A stretch of DNA of 63,896 bases, filler included, from a bacterium (GCA_024275095.1; 4 parts of 4 records of this genome joined end to end with filler, not necessarily neighbours in it); one strand, 5' to 3'; counted from the first letter of the whole stretch, positions 31,266 through 41,117 are shown. A program made the numbers and translations. The notes: generated by a model not told the origin, from the sequence alone.

Positions 31266-32403
31266 GCTCCATAACTATTTTCGAAATAAGATTTCGCTGA
31301 ACCTGGGACGTACCTCCACCGATAGTGGACGCCACGCAGTGCCTGTACCAGAATTCAATTCTTCCCCTCAGAAGAGCACGTGCTGACGAAGACTTCACCT
31401 GCCCCCTGTAACCCAGGATTTCCAGTCCCGCTCCTGCCAGTTCATGGTAAAGAAGGGAAGTGAACAACTTGGAAACACTGGCATCGAGTGTAAAGTCTTT
31501 CCCCATATCCTGCCTCCAGGAAGCATTGTAATAAAGAAGCCGCGCCACCTCCGCCCGTGCCATGAGAGAACACAACCTGCGCCTGATGTAGGAGTCACTA
31601 TCCATCCCGTTCTGCATCACATGATCTTTAAGCTCATTCACAAGCCTGTAAGCATTCCTCATGTTTCCCAGGCCCACCCTTTCCATTCCCAGGGTTTTCC
31701 TCACCACCTTCCACGCACCGTTCACCTCCCCCACAACATATTTCCTGTGTACCTTCACACCATCCATAAACACTTCATTCACCCGCCACCCGCTGGAGGT
31801 GTAAATGGGCCTGACCTCCACTCCATTCTGGTGCAGGTCCACGATGAAGAAAGTAAGGCCTTCGTGTTTCTCTTTCGAAGGGTCGGTGCGAGCAAGCGTG
31901 AGCATATAATGGGCGAGGTGGGCACCTGTGATAAACACCTTTGTGCCATTGAGAACAAAATGGTCTCCCTCTTCCACGGCCCGTGTTTTCACGGACGCGG
32001 CGTCAGAACCCGCATCCGGCTCTGTAATACCCAGACAGCAGATAATTTCACCTCGGGCGATGCGGGGTAAAAATTCCTTTTTTTGTTCTTCTGTACCGGC
32101 GTGAATGATGGACTGAGCAAACAGGCCCACGGTTGAACCGAACCCGCCCATGGGCGCCTCGTTGTACCCCATGATTTCCATGAAAATGGCCATGTCCATC
32201 CGTGTACCGCCGCTGCCTCCGAACTCCCGTGGCCAGGCCAGTCCGATAAACCCGGCTTCTGCAAGGCGCTGATAAAATTCGTCGCAGTGCGTTTCACCCT
32301 TCTGAAAGAGCTCTTCCACCCGTTGAGGTGAAAGGTTCTCCCTGAGGAATTCCTCGATCCTCTCCTTGAGAGCAAGCTGGTCACTTGTAAAGGAAAAATC
32401 CAT
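31249..32403 (-). CDS. Acyl-CoA dehydrogenase (FadE26/ChsE-type catalytic subunit)
   Basis: GITEPDAGSDA, NEVFMDGV, LGMER, TIGGGTSQVQRN. Confidence 0.88.
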   Translation of the reverse strand: MDFSFTSDQLALKERIEEFLRENLSPQRVEELFQKGETHCDEFYQRLAEAGFIGLAWPREFGGSGGTRMDMAIFMEIMGYNEAPMGGFGSTVGLFAQSIIHAGTEEQKKEFLPRIARGEIICCLGITEPDAGSDAASVKTRAVEEGDHFVLNGTKVFITGAHLAHYMLTLARTDPSKEKHEGLTFFIVDLHQNGVEVRPIYTSSGWRVNEVFMDGVKVHRKYVVGEVNGAWKVVRKTLGMERVGLGNMRNAYRLVNELKDHVMQNGMDSDSYIRRRLCSLMARAEVARLLYYNASWRQDMGKDFTLDASVSKLFTSLLYHELAGAGLEILGYRGQVKSSSARALLRGRIEFWYRHCVASTIGGGTSQVQRNLISKIVMERGSEL

Positions 32404-32774
32404 CAGAGCGTCCCCCGACCTTCTCCCGCCACGTGAACCGAGCCTCCTGTGTCTTCCACCGTGGCCTTAAAATGCACCTGAGAGCCTTCAACATTTTCAA
32501 TAACGATCTTTGCGAATATTTCCTCTCCAGGCCTGGCAGGTTTTATGAATTTCACGTGAAAAGAAAACCCATTCTCGAATTTGCCCTCAAGAAGCTCCAC
32601 CAGATACTGGAGCATGATCACCCCGTGGGCAATGGTGCCTCCCAGGCCCACTTTCCTGGCAAACTCTTCGTCCACGTGAATGGGATTGAAGTCACCCGAA
32701 AAACGAGCAAACGCGTTGATGAAATCCTGGGTAATGAAAAGTGTTCTGGAAGTAAAGGATTCACCTTTCTTCAT
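32403..32774 (-). CDS. MaoC-family (R)-enoyl-CoA hydratase
   Basis: SGDFNPIHVDEEFA...GTIAHG hydratase motif; true start is ATG 32774 after GGAGG (ORF-track extension overlaps the upstream gene). Confidence 0.9.
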   Translation of the reverse strand: MKKGESFTSRTLFITQDFINAFARFSGDFNPIHVDEEFARKVGLGGTIAHGVIMLQYLVELLEGKFENGFSFHVKFIKPARPGEEIFAKIVIENVEGSQVHFKATVEDTGGSVHVAGEGRGTL

Positions 32775-32784
32775 GACGGACCTC

Positions 32785-33177
32785 CTATTCAGGCACCACA
32801 AAACTGAAGGAGCACTCTGCCACTGCCGTTCCATCAAGAGTTTGAATGTCCAGGCGAATAACCACGTACTTCCTTCCTCGTTTCTCATACTTGTCGTGCA
32901 CCACAGCCTTTGCTCTGAAATTCCTTTCTTCAGTTGGACGAACAAGGGTGAATGACTGCGCCGCGTGAATGGTGCCGGGTTGAATGGAGCACACCTCAGC
33001 AAGGGGGCGGAATGCGTGAAGCATGACAAGGTAAGGAGGAGTATGTGAAAAAGGCTCCCGCTTAAAGAGTTTCCTGTACTCTTCAAACTTTTCGCCGGGT
33101 ATGGAAAACTCTGCTTCGAATTCCTCTCCTACGTTCATGTCCTTATAGCTAATCAGCCTTTTCTCCATGTGCGCCAC
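32785..33177 (-). CDS. Hotdog-fold MaoC-like partner subunit
   Basis: GTIHAAQSF...VHDKYEKRGRKYV; lacks the D-x4-H motif; adjacent to the catalytic MaoC gene. Confidence 0.75.
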   Translation of the reverse strand: MAHMEKRLISYKDMNVGEEFEAEFSIPGEKFEEYRKLFKREPFSHTPPYLVMLHAFRPLAEVCSIQPGTIHAAQSFTLVRPTEERNFRAKAVVHDKYEKRGRKYVVIRLDIQTLDGTAVAECSFSFVVPE

Positions 33178-33189
33178 CTCCCTTGCTCC

Positions 33190-34344
33190 TCAGTACTCCT
33201 CGAGAAGCCTACGTGCAATGGTAAGCCGCTGTATCTCGCTGGTACCCTCTCCGATCCGGGCCGCCCGTACCACCTGATACAGCCTGGCAATGGGAAGTTC
33301 TCTCATGAACCCCATGCCGCCGTGAATTTGAAGTGCCCGGTCTATCACCCTGCCGGCCATTTCCGAAGCGTACACCTTGGCCATGGCTGACTCCTTTCGC
33401 ACATCCATCCCCTGCGAAGCCTTCCACGCTGTAGAGTAAAGGATGCTCTTTGCTGCGAATATTTCTGTGGCTGAATCCGCCACCATCCACTGTATGGCCT
33501 GGTATCGGGCTATGGGCCTGCCAAAAGCAACCCTTTCCTTTGCCCACTTCACTGCAAGGTCCAGGGCACCCTGGGCTGAGCCCGTACACTGGGCCGCCAC
33601 AACCAGACGACCCAGGGTGATCCACTTCATTGCCTGGATAAAACCCATGCCCTCCTTCCCGAGCACCTGCTCCTCGCCCACCTCGCAGTCTTCGAATATC
33701 AGCTCGCCGTGCATTCTTGTGCCCGTCATTGTTTCGTGAATCCTTCCCACTTCAAATCCGGGAGTTCCCTTCTCCACGATAAAACCGGTGATGCCCTTGA
33801 TGCCCTTCGAAGGATCGGTAACAGCAAACACCAGGGCGAAATCTGCGTAAGGAGCGTTCGTGATAAAGTGCTTTCTGCCGTTAATGACATACCTCCCGTT
33901 TTTCTTCACGGCCCGGGTTTTAATGGCAGTGGCATCCGAACCTGCTCCCGGCTCGGTCAGCGCAAAGCACATGGTCTTTTCAGCTCTGATAAGCGGTTTG
34001 AGGTACTTTTCAATCTGTTCTTCAGACCCATCCAGCAAAATTGGTGTGGGTCCCCCTGCACCGCCGATAATATCCGTGGAGAAGTGAATAATGAGGCTCT
34101 TGCCCAGTTCCTCGAGAAGGAGCACATAGCCGAAAATGTCCAGGCCACCACCGCCCACCTCTTCGGGCAGGTGGATCCCGTAAAAGCCCGCCTTACGGGA
34201 CAGTCTTCTCACCTCCATGTGGACTTCATAAGGTACGGCGTTTTCAAATTTGTACTTTTCCTCATAAGGTCTTATCTCCTTTTCCAGAAACCTTCGAAAC
34301 TGGTCTCTTAACAACACGTATTCCTGGGGTATTTCAAAATCCAT
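33190..34344 (-). CDS. Acyl-CoA dehydrogenase
   Basis: FALTEPGAGSDA, GRKHFIT, QIHGGMG, RIGEGTSEIQ; paralog of 26571-27740. Confidence 0.95.
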   Translation of the reverse strand: MDFEIPQEYVLLRDQFRRFLEKEIRPYEEKYKFENAVPYEVHMEVRRLSRKAGFYGIHLPEEVGGGGLDIFGYVLLLEELGKSLIIHFSTDIIGGAGGPTPILLDGSEEQIEKYLKPLIRAEKTMCFALTEPGAGSDATAIKTRAVKKNGRYVINGRKHFITNAPYADFALVFAVTDPSKGIKGITGFIVEKGTPGFEVGRIHETMTGTRMHGELIFEDCEVGEEQVLGKEGMGFIQAMKWITLGRLVVAAQCTGSAQGALDLAVKWAKERVAFGRPIARYQAIQWMVADSATEIFAAKSILYSTAWKASQGMDVRKESAMAKVYASEMAGRVIDRALQIHGGMGFMRELPIARLYQVVRAARIGEGTSEIQRLTIARRLLEEY

Positions 34345-34345
34345 C

Positions 34346-35248
34346 TCATTCCTCCACTGGTTCGAAATAAAGAATGTCTTTCAGACTGCCCTCTCTTTTT
34401 TCACTCCACACGGCCCTTACACGCATGCCTGTCCTGATGCTTTCGGGAGAGCCCCTGATTAAATGATTGAAGGGAGTATGGGAGCCCGAGAGCACAATCC
34501 GTGCAAAGATCACCGGCGGCTGCAGGGGCGAATCAGGAATTTTCAGATAATAGGGCACCCAGGAATCAACCACCCCCTCGTCAGGAAGTTCAACCACCTC
34601 CTCGCACCTGGTAAAACAGACACCGCAGTAGGGAAAAGGCGGAAACAGTACCCTGTGGCATCCGGGACATTTCACACCTACAAGTTTTCCCTGACGGATG
34701 TTTTTTCTGAAAAGGTCTCCCATGCTTCCAAGCGCCCATTCATACTGAACACGAATGCGCCCGTTTATAACTTTCGGCTTTGCAGGCGCTGGCAGATCCT
34801 GCTCTCCGCTATTCACAGTTTCCTTACCTTCCGGTTCAAATCCCCTGATGTCAGCAAGTGACCCGGTGGTTTCCTCTTCCCACACGAGCCGCACGCGTGT
34901 GCCTATCTCTGGAATGTGTTTCGAATGAAGGTAGCGGTGATAAAAAATACTGCTTGTTCCGTCAATCTTTACACCCACGAGAACATAGGGGCTCTTCCAT
35001 GGATTGTTTGGAAAATCCCTGCTCACGCGAACAGCCGCAACCACTTCGCCCTTTCCTTCCACCGGTGTAAATTCCATGTCTTTAAGGCACCGGGGACAAA
35101 ATCGAAGCGGGGGCACGACCTTCACGTCACACCGTCTGCAGATAGTTCCCAGAAACGTCCTGTTGCGCAATCCTTCAAAAAAACGGGAGGCGGCTTCTCC
35201 TGCGGCCCACTCGTATTCGTTCTCTATGGCACCTGTGACAAACATCAT
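34346..35248 (-). CDS. Tandem DUF35 (Zn-ribbon/OB-fold) acyl-CoA-binding scaffold protein
   Basis: Two CxxC...CxxC ribbons (CRRC/CPRC; CPGC/CGVC), each followed by an OB fold; ATG 35248 overlaps the thiolase stop. Confidence 0.88.
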   Translation of the reverse strand: MMFVTGAIENEYEWAAGEAASRFFEGLRNRTFLGTICRRCDVKVVPPLRFCPRCLKDMEFTPVEGKGEVVAAVRVSRDFPNNPWKSPYVLVGVKIDGTSSIFYHRYLHSKHIPEIGTRVRLVWEEETTGSLADIRGFEPEGKETVNSGEQDLPAPAKPKVINGRIRVQYEWALGSMGDLFRKNIRQGKLVGVKCPGCHRVLFPPFPYCGVCFTRCEEVVELPDEGVVDSWVPYYLKIPDSPLQPPVIFARIVLSGSHTPFNHLIRGSPESIRTGMRVRAVWSEKREGSLKDILYFEPVEE

Positions 35249-36405
35249 GCCTCCTTTGAAAGCACGCATACGGTGGCAAACTGCTGGGCACCACCCCATC
35301 CCATGGCCACCGCATTCTTTACATCACCCACCTGGCGCTCACCTCCTTTACCCATTACCTGCACAGCGGCCTCGACCACCCGAAGCATAGCGGCATCCGA
35401 CCCGTTGTTAGTAGCGAGGACGCCTCCCGAAGGATTAACGGGAAGTCTCCCCGTGAAAGAAAAATCCCCTTTTTCAACAAGCGTTTTTGCCTCTCCTGCA
35501 TCACAAAGAAGAAGGGCCTCCATCCAGTGCATGGTCTGGTAAGAACATGCATTGTAAAGTTCAACCACCTGAACCTCTTTCCTCGGTTGATGGAGTCCTG
35601 CCATCAAATAGGCCTTGCGGGCCGCTTCCTTTACACACCGTGCCTCGAGCACATTCCTTTCGGGGTATGTGGCAGGTTCGGCCACGGCGAAAAAGCCTCT
35701 TACCCATGCACACTTCTTTCCACGTGCTATATTTTCAGATGCCACAATTACGGCGGCTGATCCCACTGACGTGGGACACATGTCAAGGCGTTTCACCGGT
35801 GGTGCAATGGGTGGAGAATTGAGTACGTCATCCACGGTGACCTTCTCTCTCAAATGTGCATAAGGATTTCGGGAAGCATTTTCCCGCGCGTTCACGACGC
35901 ACATGGCAGCGTGTGTCTCAGTGGCTCCGGTAGTTTCCATGTACTGCCTGAAAGTCATGGCGAGACCCATGATGGCTCCGCCGGAAAATCCACGGGTGTA
36001 TATGGGGTCAACCGCCATCTGAAGGGCACGCTGTGAGCGAGCACCGGACGCACCCGCTCTCACCGTTCCTGCTGCTGCAAGTACAATGTCAAAGTCCCCG
36101 GAAGCGACCAGCGACACCGCGGCCAGCACGGCAGAGGCCCCGACGGTACCTCCTGTCTGAAGTCTGAAAGAGGGCTTGAGATGCCCGCACATGGAATCCA
36201 CAACGAGTTTTCCCACCTGCTCGATCCCATCCTGAATTGACGTGATGGCACTTCCAAAAACCACGGCCTCCACGTCTCCCGGTTCAACCCCCGCATCCCT
36301 GAGGGCCTCTCTTACCGAAAGGGCAATCAGTTCCTGCTCGTTCACCTCAGGCATCCGCGAACGGTGGGGGATCTGACCCGTACCTATAATGGCAACCTTT
36401 CTCAC
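35245..36405 (-). CDS. SCP2/Ltp-type thiolase-fold protein (Ltp3-like)
   Basis: RLQTGGTVGAS (no nucleophilic Cys), CPTSVG, VELYN, VNPSGGVL, MGWGGAQQF. Confidence 0.85.
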   Translation of the reverse strand: MRKVAIIGTGQIPHRSRMPEVNEQELIALSVREALRDAGVEPGDVEAVVFGSAITSIQDGIEQVGKLVVDSMCGHLKPSFRLQTGGTVGASAVLAAVSLVASGDFDIVLAAAGTVRAGASGARSQRALQMAVDPIYTRGFSGGAIMGLAMTFRQYMETTGATETHAAMCVVNARENASRNPYAHLREKVTVDDVLNSPPIAPPVKRLDMCPTSVGSAAVIVASENIARGKKCAWVRGFFAVAEPATYPERNVLEARCVKEAARKAYLMAGLHQPRKEVQVVELYNACSYQTMHWMEALLLCDAGEAKTLVEKGDFSFTGRLPVNPSGGVLATNNGSDAAMLRVVEAAVQVMGKGGERQVGDVKNAVAMGWGGAQQFATVCVLSKEA

Positions 36406-36413
36406 GGTAACTC

Positions 36414-37496
36414 CTACGCCGCGGCCTCCAGTAACATTACCGTGTTCGACTGCATTCCTGTCCCGGAGTAAGCATGGACGCAGACACGTTTCACAGGAAC
36501 CGAAGGGGCGAAAGGCAGTGAATCACCACGAAGGTAAAGAGACCCAAATGCAAGGCGGTAAAGTCCGCACGCCACGAGAACGGTGGAATGCAGGGCTCCC
36601 CCTGACGGATTGACCCTTCCCTCCCTTATGAACTGTGGAAGGTCAGCAGGGTCGCATATGCCAGCAACTTCGCTCATGCGTATAAGGTGATGGGGGGTAG
36701 GCTCCGAAAGCTCCCATGCATCCACGTCTCCGGGTGCCATACCAGCACGTTCAAGCACCCTTCTTACAGCGACCTCGAAAGAAGAAAGGCCTGAAGGTTC
36801 CCTGAGGCTGAGCGTTCCTGAATCCACTGAGACCCACGAGGATGCAATCTTAACGGGCGCAGGACAGCGATTTTTATCTCCTGTGAGCACCACGGCCACT
36901 GCTCCGTCAGCATAAAGCGGAAGGTCCTTCTCGCGAAGCGGATGCACCACCACCTCGTCACTTCTCTCACCGGAGGCGACAAATGGATTTCTCTTCACAT
37001 TCGTACGAAGCGCATCAAGCACTTCATCTGGTGAGAGAAACCCGTTACCTTTCATCGCAGAAGCCTGAAGTGCCAGCAACACCCACTCGTTGAATCCAAG
37101 ATCCCTGAAAAGCACGGGGTCGAATGAAGCATTGAAATATGAGTGAACATCCAGACACGAGGATTTTGAATAGCCAAACACAAGCACATTTTCTGAAAGC
37201 CCGGCCTTTATTCTCTTTTCTGCATAAAAAAGTGCTGTGAGGCCATCCTCTTCGAGTTTGCCCTCGCTCTTCAGATAGCACCCTGCGGCAGCGAGAATAT
37301 CAGTGTTGGAAAGGCCCTTCCCGTCCAGAAGGTCAACACCTGCATCAACGACAGTATCCATGTCTTTTATTGAAAGGCTGCAGTCAGCAAGGGCCTGGCT
37401 GACCGCCTGGTAAACCAGGTCGGCAAAGGTATCTTCACATTTCACCTTCATGGGGGTGAAGCCCACGCCCGCAACATATACATCCTTCTTTTTCAC
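36414..37496 (-). CDS. Thiolase-fold protein (Ltp4-like)
   Basis: DLLDGKGLSN, LEEDG, DGAVAVVL, VNPSGGAL, HAYSGTGMQSNTV; GTG 37496 overlaps the upstream stop. Confidence 0.8.
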   Translation of the reverse strand: MKKKDVYVAGVGFTPMKVKCEDTFADLVYQAVSQALADCSLSIKDMDTVVDAGVDLLDGKGLSNTDILAAAGCYLKSEGKLEEDGLTALFYAEKRIKAGLSENVLVFGYSKSSCLDVHSYFNASFDPVLFRDLGFNEWVLLALQASAMKGNGFLSPDEVLDALRTNVKRNPFVASGERSDEVVVHPLREKDLPLYADGAVAVVLTGDKNRCPAPVKIASSWVSVDSGTLSLREPSGLSSFEVAVRRVLERAGMAPGDVDAWELSEPTPHHLIRMSEVAGICDPADLPQFIREGRVNPSGGALHSTVLVACGLYRLAFGSLYLRGDSLPFAPSVPVKRVCVHAYSGTGMQSNTVMLLEAAA

Positions 37497-38384
37497 TTCT
37501 TGTACCCCAGTACAGCGTTGGCAATAATCAGTTTTTGAATATTGGTTGTGCCCTCGCCGATTTGATACATCTTGGCATCCCTGAACAAACGAGCAATTTT
37601 GAACTCTTCCGAATAACCATAGGCCCCGAAGATTTCCATGGCCTTGCCGGCACACTTCACGCACGTCTCTGAAGCAAAAAACTTTGCCATGCTTCCGGTT
37701 ATGCGTGCATCGTCTCCTCTCTCGAGAGCGTCCGCGTGTTCAAGCACCAGCAGGTGCGCGGCCTCAATCTCAGTGGCCATGGTGGCAATGGCATCCTTGA
37801 TCATCTGGAATTTTCCTATCTCAACACCGAACTGGACTCTTTCACGGGAATATTTTACAGCCTCCTCCAGGCACGCCCGGGCCACTCCTACAGCCCCGGC
37901 AGCCACGGATAGGCGCCCCCTTACCAGCGCTTCCATGGCGATATCAAAACCCTCTCCTTCGCTACCAAGACGGTTTTCCTGGGGGACAAAGCAATCGGAA
38001 AAAACAATTTCACCGGTGGGCGAAGCATGGTGGCCCACCTTCTTTTCAAAGGTCCGTCTTTCCATACCTTCCGTTTGAGAAAACACAATGAATGCAGAGA
38101 GTCCCTCTTTCCTCCTGGCAGGGTCCGTGCGTGCAAACACCACAGCAACGTCGAAAATTGGTGCGTGCGAAATCCAGGTCTTTGTCCCGTTGAGCACGTA
38201 TCCTCCTTCCACTTTCTCTGCCCTGAGAGAAATGGATGCCACGTCCGACCCGGCACCCGGCTCGGTAAGTGCTAACGCTCCTATCCACTCGCCCTTCACG
38301 AGCTTTTTTACACAATCGTACCAGCGAGAGCCCCCGTGCCTGTAAATGGTCATGGCACCGGTCAGTCCGTTGGTGTTGAACAAG
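37493..38384 (-). CDS. Acyl-CoA dehydrogenase (5' truncated by contig end)
   Basis: LALTEPGAGSD, GTKTWIS, FGAYGYSEE, QIGEGTTNIQ. Confidence 0.93.
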
Positions 38385-38484
38385 NNNNNNNNNNNNNNNN
38401 NNNNNNNNNNNNNNNNNNNNNNNNNNNNTTAATTAATTAANNNNNNNNNNNNNNNNNNNNNNNNNNNNNNNNNNNNNNNNNNNN
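38385..38484. other. Artificial contig linker
   Basis: N44-TTAATTAATTAA-N44. Confidence 0.98.
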
Positions 38485-38485
38485 A

Positions 38486-38800
38486 CTCAGGGTTGCTACT
38501 GATCTGGATGATGAAGGTTTTGAATATATCACTTCTCTCGTGGGCGAGATAGCCCAGCGGATAAAGGGAAAGTTCCCGGACGCACGCGTTGTGGAAGTAA
38601 TGATTCTTGCAGCCCTTGAAATGGCGGAAAGGCTTTACAGGCTGCAACGTGGCGATTCTCAGGATGAAAAAGGGTCCATTGACATGCGCCTGGAGAGGAT
38701 AATAGAATGCTTAGACAGGGAAATAAAAAATGGACAGGAAAGGGAAGAACAATTCCCTGGATTGTCCGTGGAGGGCAATAAAACCCTTGATCCAACATAA
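38486..38800 (+). CDS. zapA: Cell division protein ZapA (5' partial)
   Basis: Frame open from the contig edge; VMILAALEMAERL motif; canonical zapA-ssrS-ygfA-rny order. Confidence 0.75.
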   Translation, partial: LRVATDLDDEGFEYITSLVGEIAQRIKGKFPDARVVEVMILAALEMAERLYRLQRGDSQDEKGSIDMRLERIIECLDREIKNGQEREEQFPGLSVEGNKTLDPT

Positions 38801-38929
38801 AACAAAAAGGGAACGGTCACTTGCTGTGGATGAAACGCCCGGCGAATGCCGGGACTTCAGAAGCAGTAAAACTGTTCCCACCTGAGATTCAGGGTATCAG
38901 GGTTTAAGCTCCCACGGCAGTCCGGGGTT
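38752..38929 (+). ncRNA. ssrS: 6S RNA
   Basis: Long rod structure: CCCTGGATTGTCCGTGGAG pairs with CTCCCACGGCAGTCCGGGG, AAACCCTTGATCC with GGGTATCAGGGTTT, A-rich central bubble, GGGAACGGT with ACTGTTCCC, terminal CCCGGC-GAAT-GCCGGG; lies between zapA and ygfA. Confidence 0.9.
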
Positions 38930-38977
38930 AATATTTAAAACTTTTATACTCAGGCTGGTTCTTTCCTTTCCTGAAAC

Positions 38978-39559
38978 TTGGGTAACGGAACAGTGGAACA
39001 AAAGAAGCGGTTGAGAGCATTTATTAAAGAAAAGTTAAACCATCTCCCCCAATCTATAATTTTATCTAAAAGCAGAAAAATTATTTCAAATTTGATGAAT
39101 ATGATTGAGAAGGATAATTCATCGGGGTCCATCGGGCTTTACTTTTCCACCAATGGTGAAGTAAGCACCGTGGAATTAATAGAGGCTCTTCTTCGTAGAA
39201 ATATAAGGGTGGCCCTTCCGGCAATTGAGGGTGACAAGATGATTTTTAAAAAAATCTCCTCCATAGAAGAACTTCATCCTGGACCGTTTGGTATTCCTCA
39301 TCCTGAAAAAAATGGTGAACCCATTTCACCTTCTCTGCTTGTAATTCCAGCTCTTGCTTTTGACAGAAGAGGCGTGCGCCTTGGCAGAGGCAGGGGATAT
39401 TACGACAGGTATCTTCGCGGTACAGGACATGGTGAACTCAGGATTGGCCTGTGCTTTCATTTTCAATTTTACGAAAGGTTGCCTTGTTCCGCCCATGACG
39501 AGAGGGTTGACGTGGTCGTAACCGAATACGGTGTCTTCCACACCACAAGGAGGGACTGA
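38978..39559 (+). CDS. ygfA: 5-formyltetrahydrofolate cyclo-ligase
   Basis: GPFGIPHP, PALAFDRRGVRLGRGRGYYDRYL, HDERVD. Confidence 0.93.
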   Translation: MGNGTVEQKKRLRAFIKEKLNHLPQSIILSKSRKIISNLMNMIEKDNSSGSIGLYFSTNGEVSTVELIEALLRRNIRVALPAIEGDKMIFKKISSIEELHPGPFGIPHPEKNGEPISPSLLVIPALAFDRRGVRLGRGRGYYDRYLRGTGHGELRIGLCFHFQFYERLPCSAHDERVDVVVTEYGVFHTTRRD

Positions 39560-39560
39560 A

Positions 39561-41117
39561 ATGATGGTGGGTGTAATTATTCTTGCTCTGATTGTTGCCG
39601 GTGTTGCCTATTATGCTGGCAGTGCAATTGCGCGTAAAAAGGTACTGGACGATCTGGTAAAGAAACGTGAAGATGCACGAACGATCATCGAGGAAGCTCG
39701 AAAAAATGCGGATAGCATACTCAAGGAAGCCGAGCTTCAATCGAAGGACCTGCTTATAAAAACCCGTGCGGAAATGGAAAAGGAGTTTTCGCGGCGCAGA
39801 AGAGAAATAGAAGAGTTTGAACGGAAACTGCGACGGCGCGAGGATAATCTGGAAAAACGTGCTGAATACATCAGCATGAAAGAGCAGGAAATTGAGAAAC
39901 AGAACAGGGAGCTTCAGAAGTTGCAGGAGAGCATTGAAGCAAAACGAAAAGAAGTAGAAGCGATGTTTGAAGAAGCGTCCAAGAGACTGCAAGAGATTTC
40001 AGGCCTGACACGGGAACAGGCCCGGGAGCAATTGATGGAGTCCGTATATAAAGAAATGAGGAAAGATGTTGCGAAACTGGTAGCCGATATGGAAACTCAG
40101 GCACGTGAGGAGGCGGAAGCCAGGGCAAGGGAAATCATAGCAACTGCCATTCAACGCCAGGCAGCAGAATATGTATATGATAACAGTGTTTCTGTTGTTT
40201 CACTTCCCAGTGATGACATGAAGGGCCGTATCATCGGGCGCGAGGGACGCAATATCCGGGCGTTTGAAGCGGCGACGGGTGTTGATGTAATTGTCGACGA
40301 TACTCCTGAAGTAGTGGTTGTGTCGTCGTTGAATCCCATCAGGCGCGAGATCGCTAAAATGGCCCTTGAGAAGCTCGTGGCTGATGGCCGTATACATCCC
40401 GCCAGGATTGAGGAGATGGTCAAGCGGAGTGAGCACGAAGTTGAGAATAAAATCAGAGATCTGGGACGCCAGGCGGTTAATGAGCTGGGACTCGGTGAGG
40501 TGCATCCTGATATAGTGAAAATGATCGGGCGTCTTAAATATCGTACGAGTTACTCACAGAACGTTTACCACCACAGCCTCGAAGTGGCTTACATCAGTGG
40601 AATCATTGCGGCTGAACTCGGTCTGGACGAAAAACTGGCACGTCGTGCAGGCCTGCTGCACGATATAGGAAAGGCTGTTGACCATGAAGTGGAAGGGTCG
40701 CACACAGAAATTGGATATGACGTTGTTCGGCGGTACAGGGAGCCGGAAGAGGTCCTTGTAGCCATAAGGGACCACCACAGTGATAAACCCTCCAATATTT
40801 ATGCCGTGATCGTACAGGCAGCGGATGCACTTTCAGCAGCTCGTCCTGGAGCGCGCCGGGAAATGTACGAAGCGTACGTTAAACGTGTCGAGGAACTGGA
40901 AGAGATTGCAGGTTCATTTGAGGGTGTAGAAAAGGCTTACGCTGTCCAGGCTGGCCGCGAAGTAAGAGTGATTGTTAATCCGGATTCACTTTCAGATGAA
41001 GAATGTGTGCTTTTGGCCAGGGAAATAGCCAAGAAAATAGAGTCGGATATGCGATATCCCGGAGAGATAAAAGTAGTGGTGATTCGAGAGAGGCGATCCG
41101 TGGACTATGCCAGATAA
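39561..41117 (+). CDS. rny: Ribonuclease Y
   Basis: N-terminal TM, coiled coil, KH domain (KGRIIGREGRNIR), HD domain (LLHDIGKA); ATG at 39561. Confidence 0.97.
   Translation: MMVGVIILALIVAGVAYYAGSAIARKKVLDDLVKKREDARTIIEEARKNADSILKEAELQSKDLLIKTRAEMEKEFSRRRREIEEFERKLRRREDNLEKRAEYISMKEQEIEKQNRELQKLQESIEAKRKEVEAMFEEASKRLQEISGLTREQAREQLMESVYKEMRKDVAKLVADMETQAREEAEARAREIIATAIQRQAAEYVYDNSVSVVSLPSDDMKGRIIGREGRNIRAFEAATGVDVIVDDTPEVVVVSSLNPIRREIAKMALEKLVADGRIHPARIEEMVKRSEHEVENKIRDLGRQAVNELGLGEVHPDIVKMIGRLKYRTSYSQNVYHHSLEVAYISGIIAAELGLDEKLARRAGLLHDIGKAVDHEVEGSHTEIGYDVVRRYREPEEVLVAIRDHHSDKPSNIYAVIVQAADALSAARPGARREMYEAYVKRVEELEEIAGSFEGVEKAYAVQAGREVRVIVNPDSLSDEECVLLAREIAKKIESDMRYPGEIKVVVIRERRSVDYAR

Noticed and set aside
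34655-34670. CPGCH as a c-type heme-binding motif (possible CcsA substrate)
   Set aside because: It is the first CxxC of a DUF35 zinc ribbon in a cytoplasmic protein on a different contig.
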